64,000 nt of DNA from Macrostomum lignano (taxonomy: Eukaryota). Each line of letters begins with the position of its first letter. The stretch's first letter is position 1. The stretch covers positions 248,001 to 312,000 of the forward strand of contig NIVC01000027.1 of NCBI GenBank assembly GCA_002269645.1. Direction: 5' to 3'. Shown here in pieces: positions 11,027 to 22,959 of the stretch. Both the position numbers and the translations under genes were made by a program. Below the pieces are notes generated by a model. It made no database searches. It had not been told where the DNA came from and saw only the letters and a program-made list of their open reading frames with translations.

Positions 11027-13053
11027 TCAGGCCTCCTCGGAGTCACCTGTCAGAGGAATGACAAAAAAATGGCTTGCTGGATCCCTGTCCGCTCCAGCAA
11101 GATTGGCAAGCAGATTCGCAGGCAAAATCCAGCACTTTCGCTCAGGTGTGCCAGTTAGAACACCAGATGTCATCCTGTACAAGCCGATTCCCAGACGCAA
11201 AGATGGATATGGGTTGGCGTAGATGTTGTCAACTGGGTGTAAAATCCTGCCAGTGACTTGATTAGCTTCACTTACAGCTTCGATTAGGACGCATACTTTG
11301 TCGATTATGCAACAATTATCACCTCGCTTTGTGCTGAATTTCAACGGTGGAATGCGCTGCTCATTCAACAGAAGATCGCGAACTCTGAGCACCTGCTTAA
11401 CTGAATGCGCTGCCATGTGCCTTGTCACCTTTACGCGGCGCTTTACAGATCCAAGAAAGTTTTCGAAAGGGAAAGTCGAAAAGTTGTTTAAACTGCCTAG
11501 CTTTCGGACAAACTCATCCAAATGAAGAATAGTGTGAAGATTGAAACTTATAAACTTCTGGCCGTAAAGATGGGCAGCCCGTTCAACAAAAACTTCAATG
11601 CAAGTTTTTGCCTGCGTCCACCACTTGGAGTACCTTTCGTTGGAGTATGCGTAAATGGCGAAATGGAGGTAAAGAAAGTGGTTATACCTTTCTTCATTTA
11701 AAATGCCTTTGAAGAGGACAGGTCCTAGGTACAGCAAGTACTGTCTGAATTCAGTAGCCTTCATGTGCTTTAGTTCCAAGTCGATTTTCCGGGGTCTTCG
11801 TTGAAAGTTTGAAGGTGTCCAACCGGCAGCCATAGTAATTCGGTCGCCCAATAGGCTCATCGGACCGGGATAGACGAGACACTTCTTGCCATTAGATTTG
11901 TCGAAAAATAGGTAAAATAGCTTCCTTGTGACTCCAAGGCAGACGGCATGCTGGTAGTCAGGGGGAAAAGCATCGACAAAACTAATGTTAGGCAAATTTA
12001 GAAGGGGCGATAGAGCGATTTTTTTATTTTCCTGGTTAGACTCCTTTCCCTCTCGGTATTGTTGGCTGCTACGAGACTCCCCGACGCTCGTTGAAAATGT
12101 TACTCTGATGTCGGTATAAGGTCCAGTAGCCCTGCAGTACATGCAACCGACGTACGACATGTGCCCTAGAGTTACTGAGACCCAGGCTCGAGCAGGCGCA
12201 TCGCAAACAAATCGGATAGTCGAGAAGCTGATGCTTAAATTTTCGATAATTTTTATGGGACCCGTAAGAAAACGTTTAGCCTCGTCGCAAAATTGTCGAA
12301 GATAATCATTCAGAGGTGGCTTGCCACAACCAGCCCATACGGCTACTGGAAAAGGTCTGCTGAATACGCTGGGAATAGACATTAGTATGGGCCAAAGACC
12401 GAAGTGGCTTGCTCGGTACAAAGGCAAGCCGTCAAAATTAACGATGGCTTCAATTTTGTAAACCTTCTCAGTTTCACTATCGTGTTGTAGATATTCTGGC
12501 TTCATGTGCGCTGGTTTTTGCGAAACATTAGTTCTAGATTTTTCAGAATCGAAATGTAGCGAAAATGGCCTTTTCCCATGGACTCCAATTTTTCCGTTGG
12601 ATCGCCAGCATTGATGACGGCCTCAATAGAGTTGACAGACTTCGGCGCAGGCAAGCCTATGTCTCTTAGACCATCAACAAGGAATTTTTTAGATCCACGA
12701 CTTAGGTTGAAACAAGAAAAGTAGACTACCAGCAAGGCGAATATTTTATCTTCTAAAGAGCGGTCATCCTCTTTCTTGTCAATCTCCTCATCTTCATCGC
12801 TGCAAACTCGCGCGAACTCGTCAAAATCAGGATAGCTGCCATTGTCGTTGCCAAGATCTGGATCCGTACCTTCATTGACTTCTGCTACAGAGGACTCCGA
12901 AGCGATGAAACCGGCGACTCTCCCAGAATCATCTGCTTCGACTACTTTTCTTTTTTTCTCTTGCAGTGCGATGTCTTCCAAAGCTTCTTGTTCTCCTTCC
13001 ATGAACAAGCCCAGCAAATCCTTATTTGCTTGTCGCCTCAATTGCCTTGTCAT
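11027..13053 (-). CDS. CACTA/EnSpm (CMC)-type transposase, split into ORFs 12502-13053 and 11027-12505 by a 1-nt frame offset
   Basis: Motifs VNFDGLPL...LWPIL, FVCDAPARA...GH.SY.GC.YC, PPDYQHAVCLGV, KATEFRQYLLYLGP, YGQKFISFNLHTILHL, STFPFEN are typical of CMC transposases. The upstream ORF has an acidic N-terminus. Confidence 0.85.
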
Positions 13054-13411
13054 TGTTTTCGTCCGAATCAGACTTTGATGATAGTTGACTGTTGTAATAA
13101 AGTAATTACTACGATTGCTTATTTCGTATTAAAGAAAGTATATGAACAAAAGCTGGGAAGAATTGAAAACTATTCCTTTGGGGGTTTGTGCGCGCTGATT
13201 GGACAGGTATGGGTGCGGGGACGGTAGGGCCAATGAAATTGGAAAAGCCAGGGCGGCCTTTTTCATTCGAAGAACTATAGAAGACAATTGCTTCTAGAAG
13301 CAACCTAAACCACTGAATCATTAAATAAGCATAAACTATAGTGTGAGCTCCAAACTCTTGCTTTATTTGGTACTCAGTTTTGCACTAGCATAGTCTAGTC
13401 TGCATGCTACA

Positions 13412-16400
13412 ATGAAGTTTTTAGTGATCTTTAAAGACGACCGTCAAATTGTTGAGGTCTCGGAAAGCGAACTGAAGCTTCCTGAAGGCTTTCAAAACCT
13501 TAAGGAAGAGGAATGGTTAGAAAAGAGGGACTCCACTGAGAAGTGGAAGTGTGAAGCCTTGTATGAAGGCTGTTTTTACTCTGCTCTAATTATTCAGGTA
13601 AGCAACCGATCCCAACGATATTTGAAATGTTAAAATTCTTGAATCGATCTAATATTTGTACGCTCATATTTTCTCATTAATTTAAAGGTAATACTAAGCA
13701 ACAACCTAGAGCCTGGGAGCTTCCGCTTTGTGCGTGAATTGGTGGCCAAAAAGACCCGACTGAACCGAATTCTCGAGTTGGTTCAACCCAGAGTCTTTCA
13801 GGAGCGTGACATGAAGAAAGCACGAAGGCATTACCAGACTAAGGTAAAATTAAGCACAGCCCATATAATTTTTATCGAGAACTTTGTTTTCTCCGTTTTA
13901 CCTTTTAAACTAATTTTTAAGAAAAGGGAAGAAATTAAATGTGAGAATAATCTTTAAAACTGACATTAACTTGATAATTTCTCATGCCGTAACCATCCCA
14001 AACAGAATCTGTCAGACGGCTCAGCCACCGATTCCGAGGCAATCTTCGAAGATAAGAGCAGCCGCTGTTTGCAACCTCCAGCTTTGCTGCCTAAACAACA
14101 TCCGCCTACGATTGCACAGTTAGCGCCAATGCCTCCTATTAGTGATGATGAAGCAGAAGCTGGCGTAGACGCCGATATGGAAGCTGAGGCGGAAGCTGAA
14201 GTGGAAGCTGAGGTGGAAGCTGAGGTGGAAGCTGAGGCGGAAGCTGAAGTGGAAGATGAGGCGGAAGCTGAAGTGGAAGCTGAGGCGGAAGCTGAAGTGG
14301 AAGCTGAGGTGGAAGCTGAGATCGGAGCTGAGGTGGAAGCTGAGATGGGAGCTGAGGCGGAAGCTGAGGCGGAAGCTGAGGTGGAAGCTGAGATGGGAGC
14401 TGAGGTGGAAGCTGAGGCGGAAGCTGAAATAGAAGCTGAGTTCGTAGCAGATGATCGATCGACGATTCCTAAGTCGCCTCCCACCATTTCATCTTTTAAT
14501 TTTGGTTCTGGCTTTCTTAGAAAACTAGAAGAGCAGATCCAAGCCGGTGTTAGCTTTGAGCTGGAAAGTCCAAGAGGCATCAAGTTTCTGTCCTTATATG
14601 CCCTACGCGAACTTACTATGCGCAAGAATGAATTGAAAGCATTAGAAAATGGTTTGACCAAACAAATCACCGCAATGCGCACTGAAGTGCAGAGCGTGCT
14701 ACGCTTTTTGGAACCGGTTGGCGCTGACATTCCAACTGATAATTCTGAGCCTTCATTCTGGCCGATCAACTCCTGGGAAAAATATGTGCAATTCGCTTCC
14801 AATCCAAATGAACATATTTCTACTTTGGTAAGTTCATGACTGAGTTTTTTATTTTCTTTTCATTAGAAGAAATGCTCTAACTACTACTCAAAGCGCACTA
14901 GTACTATCACTGTGAAATAACAATCTATAAGTATTCTCACCTGTAAAAATCTAAACAGAAGAGCCTGCTACGTTCATGCAAGCGAGACAAGTGGTCCGAT
15001 GCTTTAATGGCAATGCTTAACGAGAGCTTGTCGAAAGAGATGCAGGCGGTTATTAATTTAATCGGGTCAGACATGCGAAGCCGAGCTGTTGCTGCTGGAG
15101 TTGCGACCAACCTTGCTGATGCGCAGCTTGGATTTCAGAGCACTCTGCTCAGCCATTTCCAAAGTAAGTCTACTTAATCAACGTTCAATGGGACTTTTAG
15201 AGCTAAATATCAAGAAATTAGACGAGCACAGTGCATGCTATTCATAGTAACTTTCAACTTTTTTCCTAACAGAAGCAATCACATTCATCTATGGCGCGAC
15301 CGCTGAAGCCGGCAGGCCCTCTGAACAATCTGTAAGAAATACTTGCAGACAGCAGCTAAAGCATGGCGGTGACCGATTAAAGGGGCGGTCGCATCGCACA
15401 GGAAGCCAGCTGCTTTCCGGAGTCCAGACTCAAAGCCCCGCTTCTGACAGCACCGTACAAAGACAGTCTCTGGTGGCAGCGACTCCAAGCCCCGCTTCTG
15501 GCAGCGCCGTGCAAAGACAGTCTCTGGTGGCAGCGACTCCAAGCCCCGCTTCTGGCAGCGCCGTGCAAAGACAGTCTCTGGTGGCAGCGACTCAAAGTCC
15601 CGCTTCTGGCAGCGCCGTGCAAAGACAGTCTCTGGTGGCAGCGACTCAAAGTCCCGCTTCTGGCAGCGCCGTGCAAAGACAGTCTCTGGTGGCAGCGACT
15701 CCAAGCCCCGCTTCTGGCAGCGCCGTGCAAAGACAGTCTCTGGTGGCAGCGACTCCAAGCCCCGCTTCTGGCAGCGCCGTGCAAAGACAGTCTCTGGTGG
15801 CAGCGACTCAAAGTCCCGCTTCTGGCAGCGCCGTGCAAAGACAGTCTCTGGTGGCAGCGACTCAAAGTCCCGCTTCTGGCAGCGCCGTGCAAAGACAGTC
15901 TCTGGTGGCAGCGACTCCAAGCCCCGCTTCTGGCAGCGCCGTGCAAAGACAGTCTCTGGTGGCAGCGACTCCAAGCCCCGCTTCTGGCAGCGCCGTGCAA
16001 AGACAGTCTCTGGTGGCAGCGACTCAAAGTCCCGCTTCTGGCAGCGCCGTGCAAAGACAGTCTCTGGTGGCAGCGACTCAAAGTCCCGCTTCTGGCAGCG
16101 CCGTGCAAAGACAGTCTCTGGTGGCAGCGACTCCAAGCCCCGCTTCTGGCAGCGCCGTGCAAAGACAGTCTCTGGTGGCAGCGACTCCAAGCCCCGCTTC
16201 TGGCAGCGCCGTGCAAAGACAGTCTCTGGTGGCAGCGACTCAAAGTCCCGCTTCTGGCAGCGCCGTGCAAAGACAGTCTCTGGTGGCAGCGACTCAAAGT
16301 CCCGCTTCTGGCAGCGCCGTGCAAAGACAGTCTCTGGTGGCAGCGACTCCAAGCCCCGCTTCTGGCAGCGCCGTGCAAAGACAGTCTCTGGTGGCAGCGA

Positions 16401-16954
16401 CTCCAAGCCCCGCTTCTGGCAGCGCCGTGCAAAGACAGTCTCTGGTGGCAGCGACTCAAAGTCCCGCTTCTGGCAGCGCCGTGCAAAGACAGTCTCTGGT
16501 GGCAGCGACTCAAAGTCCCGCTTCTGGCAGCGCCGTGCAAAGACACAGCCATTCATCTTCTTTTTCCCTAGTGAGTAAAAACGTATCTAAACTGAATAAT
16601 GAACGATGAATACGATGATTGATAAGCATTAAATACTACTGTCAGTAAGATAAAATGTGCATGCAGTAATTTTTTGTTTTCTTTCCAATGTCACAGACAC
16701 CATCGCGACTATCAGCGGGAGAAGTGCCGCCAGCGGCGACAGCAAAGCCGAGCTCCCAATCCAGAAAGCGAGCGAGTATTCAGTTGGATTCTCAGCCTCG
16801 AAAGCGGAACAACCATCGCCCCCGTTCAGCAAAGTCAAAAACCAACTACCGCACTGACTGCTCTCTCGAATCTGATGACGAAACCGAATCAAGTGGATCA
16901 AACTGGTCCGAAGATCAGCGAGAGCTGGATGATGGACAATTTAAAATATTCTAA
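13412..16954 (+). CDS. Transposon accessory protein, DUF4806-like domain, about 974 aa; exons 13412-13597, 13688-13843, 14006-14827, 14959-15163, 15273-16570, 16697-16954
   Basis: Five GT-AG introns give one open frame (2925 nt, divisible by 3). The central segment FWPINSWE...[10 protein letters not shown]...[14 protein letters not shown]...[20 protein letters not shown] resembles DUF4806 proteins (from memory, not searched). Confidence 0.72.
14160..14430 (+). repeat. 12-bp coding repeat (GAAGCTGAGGTG/GCG) encoding an acidic EAEV/EAEA tract
   Basis: Within exon 3 of the accessory gene. Confidence 0.9.
15470..16545 (+). repeat. 54-bp coding tandem repeat, 20 units arranged as 5 x 216-bp higher-order units (P,P,Q,Q)
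   Basis: The translation alternates AATPSP x2 and AATQSP x2; the units are otherwise identical. Confidence 0.95.
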
Positions 16955-18343
16955 TTATGAGAGCACGTATTATAAATGCTGCGACAAAATGATTTTAAAA
17001 CTGACATTCTTTCAACACCTTTGTTGCCAACTATTTTTCGTTCTAATATTGTGTTTTAATATCAGTTCCATTTACCTTCGCTAAATAAATTCAAATTTCA
17101 TTAGATTTAAGTTTCTTATTCGATTTCATTCATAGACTCAAACTAATTTTCTAAAAAACTGCAAAAAATTCACAAAAGGCAAACTTCGTAAGCAAGTAGC
17201 AGCAAGGTTGTTTAAATTTATAATGGAAGAGACAATTGCTTAAAAAAAATCAGATAGCTCTGAAAATTACTTGAAGTATTTGGAAATAAATTCAATTTTG
17301 AAACAACCAGAAAGCTAGCCTGCTGCCAGAGCAAAATATATCAGTAAAAGCCATGCATACTACTGTTAGTAGAGTAAACCAATTCTTGCCTTAATTTATT
17401 GGGCAGTCCACCGGGCGCCGGGTATAAGGCCGGCGCCCCGACTGGACAAAGAGTGCGCCCCGCTACCGGCCACAGGCCACCGGGCGCCGCGGTCTGCGCA
17501 CCCTTGGGCGTACCAGAATTTCCCACTGGGAAAGAATCTAGCTCACGACTGCGGGGCAGGTACAGTTAATTAAGGAGATAGGAGAGGAGAGAGGAGAGGC
17601 GAGAGAGGAGATAAAAGTGAAGAGAAAAGAGGCGAGATGAGATGGAGAGAAGAAATAAGAGCATAGACGAGATAAGTGAGATGAGAGATAAATGAGTTAA
17701 ATGATAGAGAATAGAAGAAAGAGAATATAAGATGAGAGACGAGATGAAAGAAAGAGATTAGAGGATAGTTATATGAGGAGAGATTAGATGAGAGATGGAG
17801 AGAAGAGATAATATAAGAAAGAGAGAAGAGAACTGGAAAGAGACACAAACCTTGAGCGGGCCGGATTGCTATTTTAAAGTTTTAAAGGACCCGAGGGCCA
17901 AAATTTGCCGACCCCTCTTTAATAAATCATCTAAAAATTTATATATTGGTGTAATATTCAATTTTTTATCATAAAAACGCAATTTTTTGGCTGTGTCTCT
18001 AAAGACTTTTAGGTGTTTTTTTAAAGACTCGATCAACATTTCCATGTCATTAGATTATTTCCTATTCCTATTGTTTAGCTTGTTAACAACTTTTTTGTTT
18101 GAAAACCAACTTTTTTTGACTATCGCACTTATGTGCAGTCCTTCGTGTTTTTTAGTCCTCATACACGGTAAGAGCAATATGATAAAGTATAAATCGCAAG
18201 GCAAATTTTCATTTAGCAAATTTTGCGCATGTAGTTCGTGTAATAATCGAAATAGATACCACTTTGTTTAATGTCTGTCAGTGTCAAACTGACGATTAAC
18301 GATCAAAGACATCGAACTAATGCGTTAGTAAATACACTAAAGT

Positions 18344-18674
18344 GGAGCCGTAGCCCAGTGGTCAAGCGGCGGTGCTCCAATGTGCCAGCGGCCCAGGCTC
18401 GATTCCAAGTGCAGTCACATTAATTTGGGGCTTAATTGGAATCTCGGCTTGGCTCTGCTCGTGCAATTAACGTCCTTGAGGGCCAACCCCCAATGCACAG
18501 TGAAGTGTACATGCCTAACGATAAATGAGTGTGTGCCTGTGCGTATGACTGCGTACGCATCCGCGCGCTTGTGTGCCTGCTCAGGGGAGTCGGCGGAATG
18601 GGCAGTAATGCCTCTCGCCGGTTGTGTGACAATGTCGCTTATAGTGCGCCAGGGTGCACACAGCGCCTGCCTCT
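18344..18674 (+). mobile_element. tRNA-derived SINE, family A, full-length copy
   Basis: 5' head GGAGCCGTAGCCCAGTGG (A-box) and GGCTCGATTCC (B-box-like); body highly similar to 40987-41279. Confidence 0.8.
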
Positions 18675-19735
18675 AAAACTAGCATAAAATATTAGTAACT
18701 TCTTTGCTGTTTCAAGTTCTGGAAAATAACTACTTAACACCCTGTATACATGTAATTAAAGTAAACTATTTCGACTTTAAGTAATTTTTAAATGTAACTC
18801 AAACTAAAAAAGAAGCATTTTATTTTTCTAGCAGAGGAACAAAGCTGTTTGCTATTTTGTCAAAGACGAATGTCGTTAGTCTTACTGTTTACTGTTTATT
18901 GAATATTTTTCTATTTAGATTTCTTTATCTACTACTGTTTCGATATAATCAGAAAAAAATTAGCAGACGTCAAGACAGTTCAATCATGTAAGCTAGCACA
19001 GAAATTTTGTCATGCTTTTCCTGCACTATTTTTTATTCATAACGTTATTGTAAAGAATCTGGATAAAGTTGTACCAATTCGTTTTTTATACCAATTTGAT
19101 ATTTTCTATGCTAATGCACTTTTTTCAATTTGGCATCCCTGTGAATGCTTTAAAATGCTTCCTGAGTAGTTTACATTGCTACTATTGCTATTAGTACTTC
19201 AGTTGAAGAAATTGAAACTGAACAGAAAAAAACTGTTTAGAAGTATTATTTAACAAAAAGTCACTCATTTGCAGCGAACCAATTTTTTACTTGTGTAGTC
19301 AAGTGCACTGCAGTTACAAGTTTACTGTATATTTAAGCATCTATTTATTGTAATGCACTGTATTCTTATTTGCTTGTAACTCAGCAGCATTATTGCAAAG
19401 CTAAGCAGCTGATATATTTGAGCATTAATAAAAATTGGTTATTTTTTGCAATGTTTACAAATACCCGAAAACAATATTTGGCCTTTTAAATTTTACGATT
19501 ACTTAGAGTTCGTCTACTCATGCCAGTAGAAAGTAGAACATTTTACTGAATTTTTGTAGCGGAAGATTAAAAATGACGCAATTCTTTTTATTATCTATGG
19601 CTCGTAAGTCGTGAAAGCAGCTAATTTTTTCGATTTGAAATTCATATTTCAGAGCTTCGAGCACAGCTAATCTGTAAAAAAAGCAACTTGAATCTATCAG
19701 CCTCAAAACTAATAAATCAAAAAATTTCTTGTACA

Positions 19736-22700
19736 ATGTCGTCAGCTGCCGACCGACAAGAGCAATACGACAGCCTATATTTGTCCATACTGCAGCGTGA
19801 GGGCACTCTGCCGGCTTTCTTTGACAGTCTGTTCAGCTTTTTAATGCGTCGGACTGATTATTATTATCAGCTGACTGAGAACGGGCCGAGAGATCGCGGC
19901 TTCCCACCTGGTGCCGCCTTCGATATGGTTAAGCAGTCGTTTAAGAAGCATGAGGCCTTGTTCAAGTGAGCTGGCTTGAGGTGTAAGAGAAAATGATTTA
20001 GTGAGAGTGGAAAAGGTTAGATGAATGGATGAAAGGGGATAGATTGAAGGAGAGAAAGGGGGTAGATGGAGGAGAGAAAGGGAGTAGATTGGAGTGGAAA
20101 AAGGGAAGATTGAAGGAGTGAACAGGGCAGATTGGAGTAGAGTAGAGAGAGGGTAGATTAAATGATAGAAAAAGAGTAGATTAGAGGAGAGAAAGGGGTA
20201 GATTGGAGCAGAGATGGGGTAGATTGGAAGAGAAAGGGGTAGATTGGAGGGGAGAAGAAGGTAGATTGAAATAGAGGAGGTAGATTGGAGGAGAGAAGGG
20301 GGTAGATTGGAGGAGAGAAGGGGGTAGATTGGAAGAGAGAAGGGGGTAGATTGGAAGAGAAAATGATGTAGATTGGAGGAGAGAAGGGGGTAGATTGGAA
20401 GAGAGAAGGGGGTAGATTGGAAGAGAAAATGATGTAGATTGGAGGAGAGAAGGGGGTAGATTGGAGGAGAGAAAGGGGGTGGATTGGAGGAGAGAAAGGG
20501 GGTAGATTGGAGGAGAGAAGGGGGTAGATTGGAAGAGAGAAGGGGGTAGATTGGAAGAGAAAATGATGTAGATTGGAGGAGAGAAGGGGGTAGACTGGAG
20601 GAGAGAAGGGGGGTAGATTGGAGGAGAGAAAGGGGGTAGATTGGAGGAGAGAAGGGGGTAGATTGGAGGAGAGAAGGGGTAGATTGGAGGAGAGAAGGGG
20701 GTAGATTGGAGGAGAGAAGGGGGTAGATTGGAGGAGAGAAGGGGGTAGATTGGAGGAGAGAAGGGGGTAGATTGGAGGAGAGAAGGGGGTAGATTGGAGG
20801 AGAGAAGGGGGTAGATTGGAGGAGAGAAGGGGGTAGATTGGAGGAGAGAAGGGGTAGATTGGAGGAGAGAAGGGGTAGATTGGAGGAGAGAAGGGGGTAG
20901 ATTGGAGGAGAGAAGGGGGTAGATTGGAGGAGAGAAGGGGTAGATTGGAGGAGAGAAGGGGTAGATTGGAGGAGAGAAGGGGGTAGATTGGAGGAGAGAA
21001 GGGGGTAGATTGGAGGAGAGAAGGGGGTAGATTGGAGGAGAGAAGGGGGTAGATTGGAGGAGAGAAAGGGGGTGGATTGGAGGAGAGAAAGGGGGTAGAT
21101 TGGAGGAGAGAAGGGGGTAGATTGGAAGAGAAAAGGAAGTAGATTGGAAGAGAAAATGATGTAGATTGGAGGAGAGAAGGGGGTAGATTGGAGGAGAGAA
21201 AGGGGGTGGATTGGAGGAGAGAAAGGGGGTAGATTGGAGGAGAGAAAGGGGGTAGATTGGAGGAGAGAAAGGGGGTAGATTGGAGGAGAGAAAGGGGGTA
21301 GATTAGATCAGTGTGAGGAGATGAGGGAATGCAGTGACAAGGAAGCGCATCTTTTCCATTGCGCACTTTCCAATCTGAATTATTCCGCCATTCCAACTTT
21401 TCATTCGTCTCTCCAACTGAAGACGAGCTCATGAGGCGAAGCAACAGCAGCAACAACAGCAGCAACAGCAGCAGCAACAGCAGCCAATTCCTAAGTCCTC
21501 CAGCGCCTCTGCTGCATCCCAGTCGACAGTTTCTAAGAAACCCGAACAGCCGCCGGACGAGAAGAAGCCGACAGCCAGTTCAACTGTAATTAACAAAGCC
21601 ACAGGTGAGTTGGCCTACTCAGCCGATCCAGAGTGCTACAACGGCGCTACCAGGGATGGCTACAGTTGGAGCCAGAGCATCACCGAGCTAGACATTCGAG
21701 TTAACGTCGATCGTTCGCTGGCCAGCAAAGGCTCCGATGTTCGCGTGAATGTCGGTAGGAAATCGTTGAGGGTCGATTGTCGCAGCGGCGGTGGAGCTCG
21801 GGACTTCTCAACCGTGTTGGATCGGCAGCTGTCCCACGAGGTTCGAGCTGAGGAGGCCGTCTGGTCTCTGGTGCCTAGCGACGGCGTGGTGCAGGTGAGC
21901 CTGTCTCAGTGTCTGTATGAGTGTCCGTCTGAGTGTCTCTTAGTGTCTGTCTCAGTGTCTGTCTCAGTGTCTGTATGAGTGTCCGTATGAGTGTCTCTTA
22001 GTGTCTGTCTCAGTGTCTGTCTCAGTGTCTGTATGAGTGTCCGTATGAGTGTCTCTTAGTGTCTGTCTCAGTACCCGTCTTAGAGTCTGTCCTAGTGTCT
22101 GTCTTAGTGCCTGTCTCAGTGTCTGCTTTTGTGTCCGTCTCAGTGTCTACCTCAGTGCCTGTCTCAGTGTCTACCTTAGTGCCTGTCTCAGTGTCTACCT
22201 TAGTGCCTGTCTCAGTGTCTGCTTTTGTGTCCGTCTCAGTGTCTACCTCAGTGCCTGTCTCAGTGTCTGCTTTTATGTCCGTCTCACTGTCTACCTTAGT
22301 GTCTGCCTTAGTGCCTGTCTCAGTGCCTGTCTTGTTGTCTGTCACAGCATGTCTGTCTCAATGCCTTGCCTGTCTTAGTGTCTGTCTTACTCTTAGTGCC
22401 TGTCTCAGCTTCTACTTTAGTGTTTATTTTACTATCGTTCTGCGTTACTGTCTACCTGTCGTAGCTCTTAGTGCCTGAGTCTGTCAAAATTGAATTCCAT
22501 AATTGCCCCCCCCCCCTGCAGATCAGCCTAGAGAAAGTGCAGGAACGCTGGTGGGACTGCTGCTTCACTGGGGAAGAGAAAATCAATACCAGAGAGATCG
22601 ACTGCTCGCGTCCCATGTCCGACTTAGACGAGGAGGCCCAAGCTAAAATCGACCAGATGATGTTCGACCAGCGCCAGAAGCAGATGGGCCTGCCAACTAG

Positions 22701-22839
22701 CGAGGAAGCAAAAACTTTGGACCTGTTGCGCAAAGCCTGGGACGCCGAAGGGTCGCCATTCAAGGGGACTCCGTTTGATCCGAGCGTGATTTCTAACCAG
22801 ATGCCCGCTGATCTGTTGAAACAGCAGCAGCAGCAGTAA
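19736..22839 (+). CDS. NUDCD3: NudC domain-containing protein 3; exons 19736-19965, 21423-21894, 22522-22839
   Basis: N-terminal YD..YL.ILQ..G....FF..LF.FL.R.TD.Y...GFPPGAA; poly-Q linker; p23/CS domain YNGATRDGYSWSQSITE; C-terminal LEK..ERWW...MSDLDEEAQAKIDQMMFDQRQKQMGLPTS...AWDAEGSPFKG. Intron phases 2 and 0 are consistent. Confidence 0.93.
20030..21305. repeat. Purine-rich 21-23-bp minisatellite (GGTAGATTGGAGGAGAGAAGGG) filling NUDCD3 intron 1
   Basis: Direct inspection; the sense strand is almost devoid of C. Confidence 0.95.
21900..22400. repeat. 12-bp-based minisatellite (TCAGTGTCTGTC / TTAGTGCCTGTC) in NUDCD3 intron 2
   Basis: Begins about 5 nt after the donor at 21895. Confidence 0.9.
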
Positions 22840-22959
22840 CATCCAGTACAGTTATTGATCAAATTCAACCTCTAATTTGCTTGTTACTGCATCGATTTAT
22901 TTATATTACTATTGATAGCTGGGTAAATTGGTAAGAAATGGGTAAGATAAGGCAGATAG

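Larger units (their letters stand above)
7096..17530. mobile_element. CACTA/EnSpm (CMC superfamily)-type DNA transposon, 10,435 bp, two divergent genes
   Basis: Termini are CCCAGTGG (7096-7103) and CCACTGGG (17523-17530), flanked by AA on both sides. Both ends share subterminal motifs GGGCGTACC and GGCGCCC. Contains a CMC-type transposase. The empty site matches a paralogous repeat at 8811-8846. Confidence 0.85.
7048..17916. mobile_element. hAT-like MITE (TIR GGGGTCGGCAAATTT) split by the CACTA insertion; halves 7048-7095 and 17531-17916
   Basis: GGGGTCGGCAAATTT near 7050 and AAATTTGCCGACCCC at 17901-17915 are inverted. The halves join into a sequence colinear with the copy at 8783-9375. Confidence 0.75.

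Noticed and set aside
15285-16556. Minus-strand 423-aa and 391-aa repeat ORFs
   Set aside because: Antisense frames of the 54-bp repeat; the + frame is the one joined by canonical splice sites.
18344-18420. tRNA gene
   Set aside because: A/B-box-like head continues into a body shared with 40987-41279 and I cannot fold a cloverleaf; it is a SINE.
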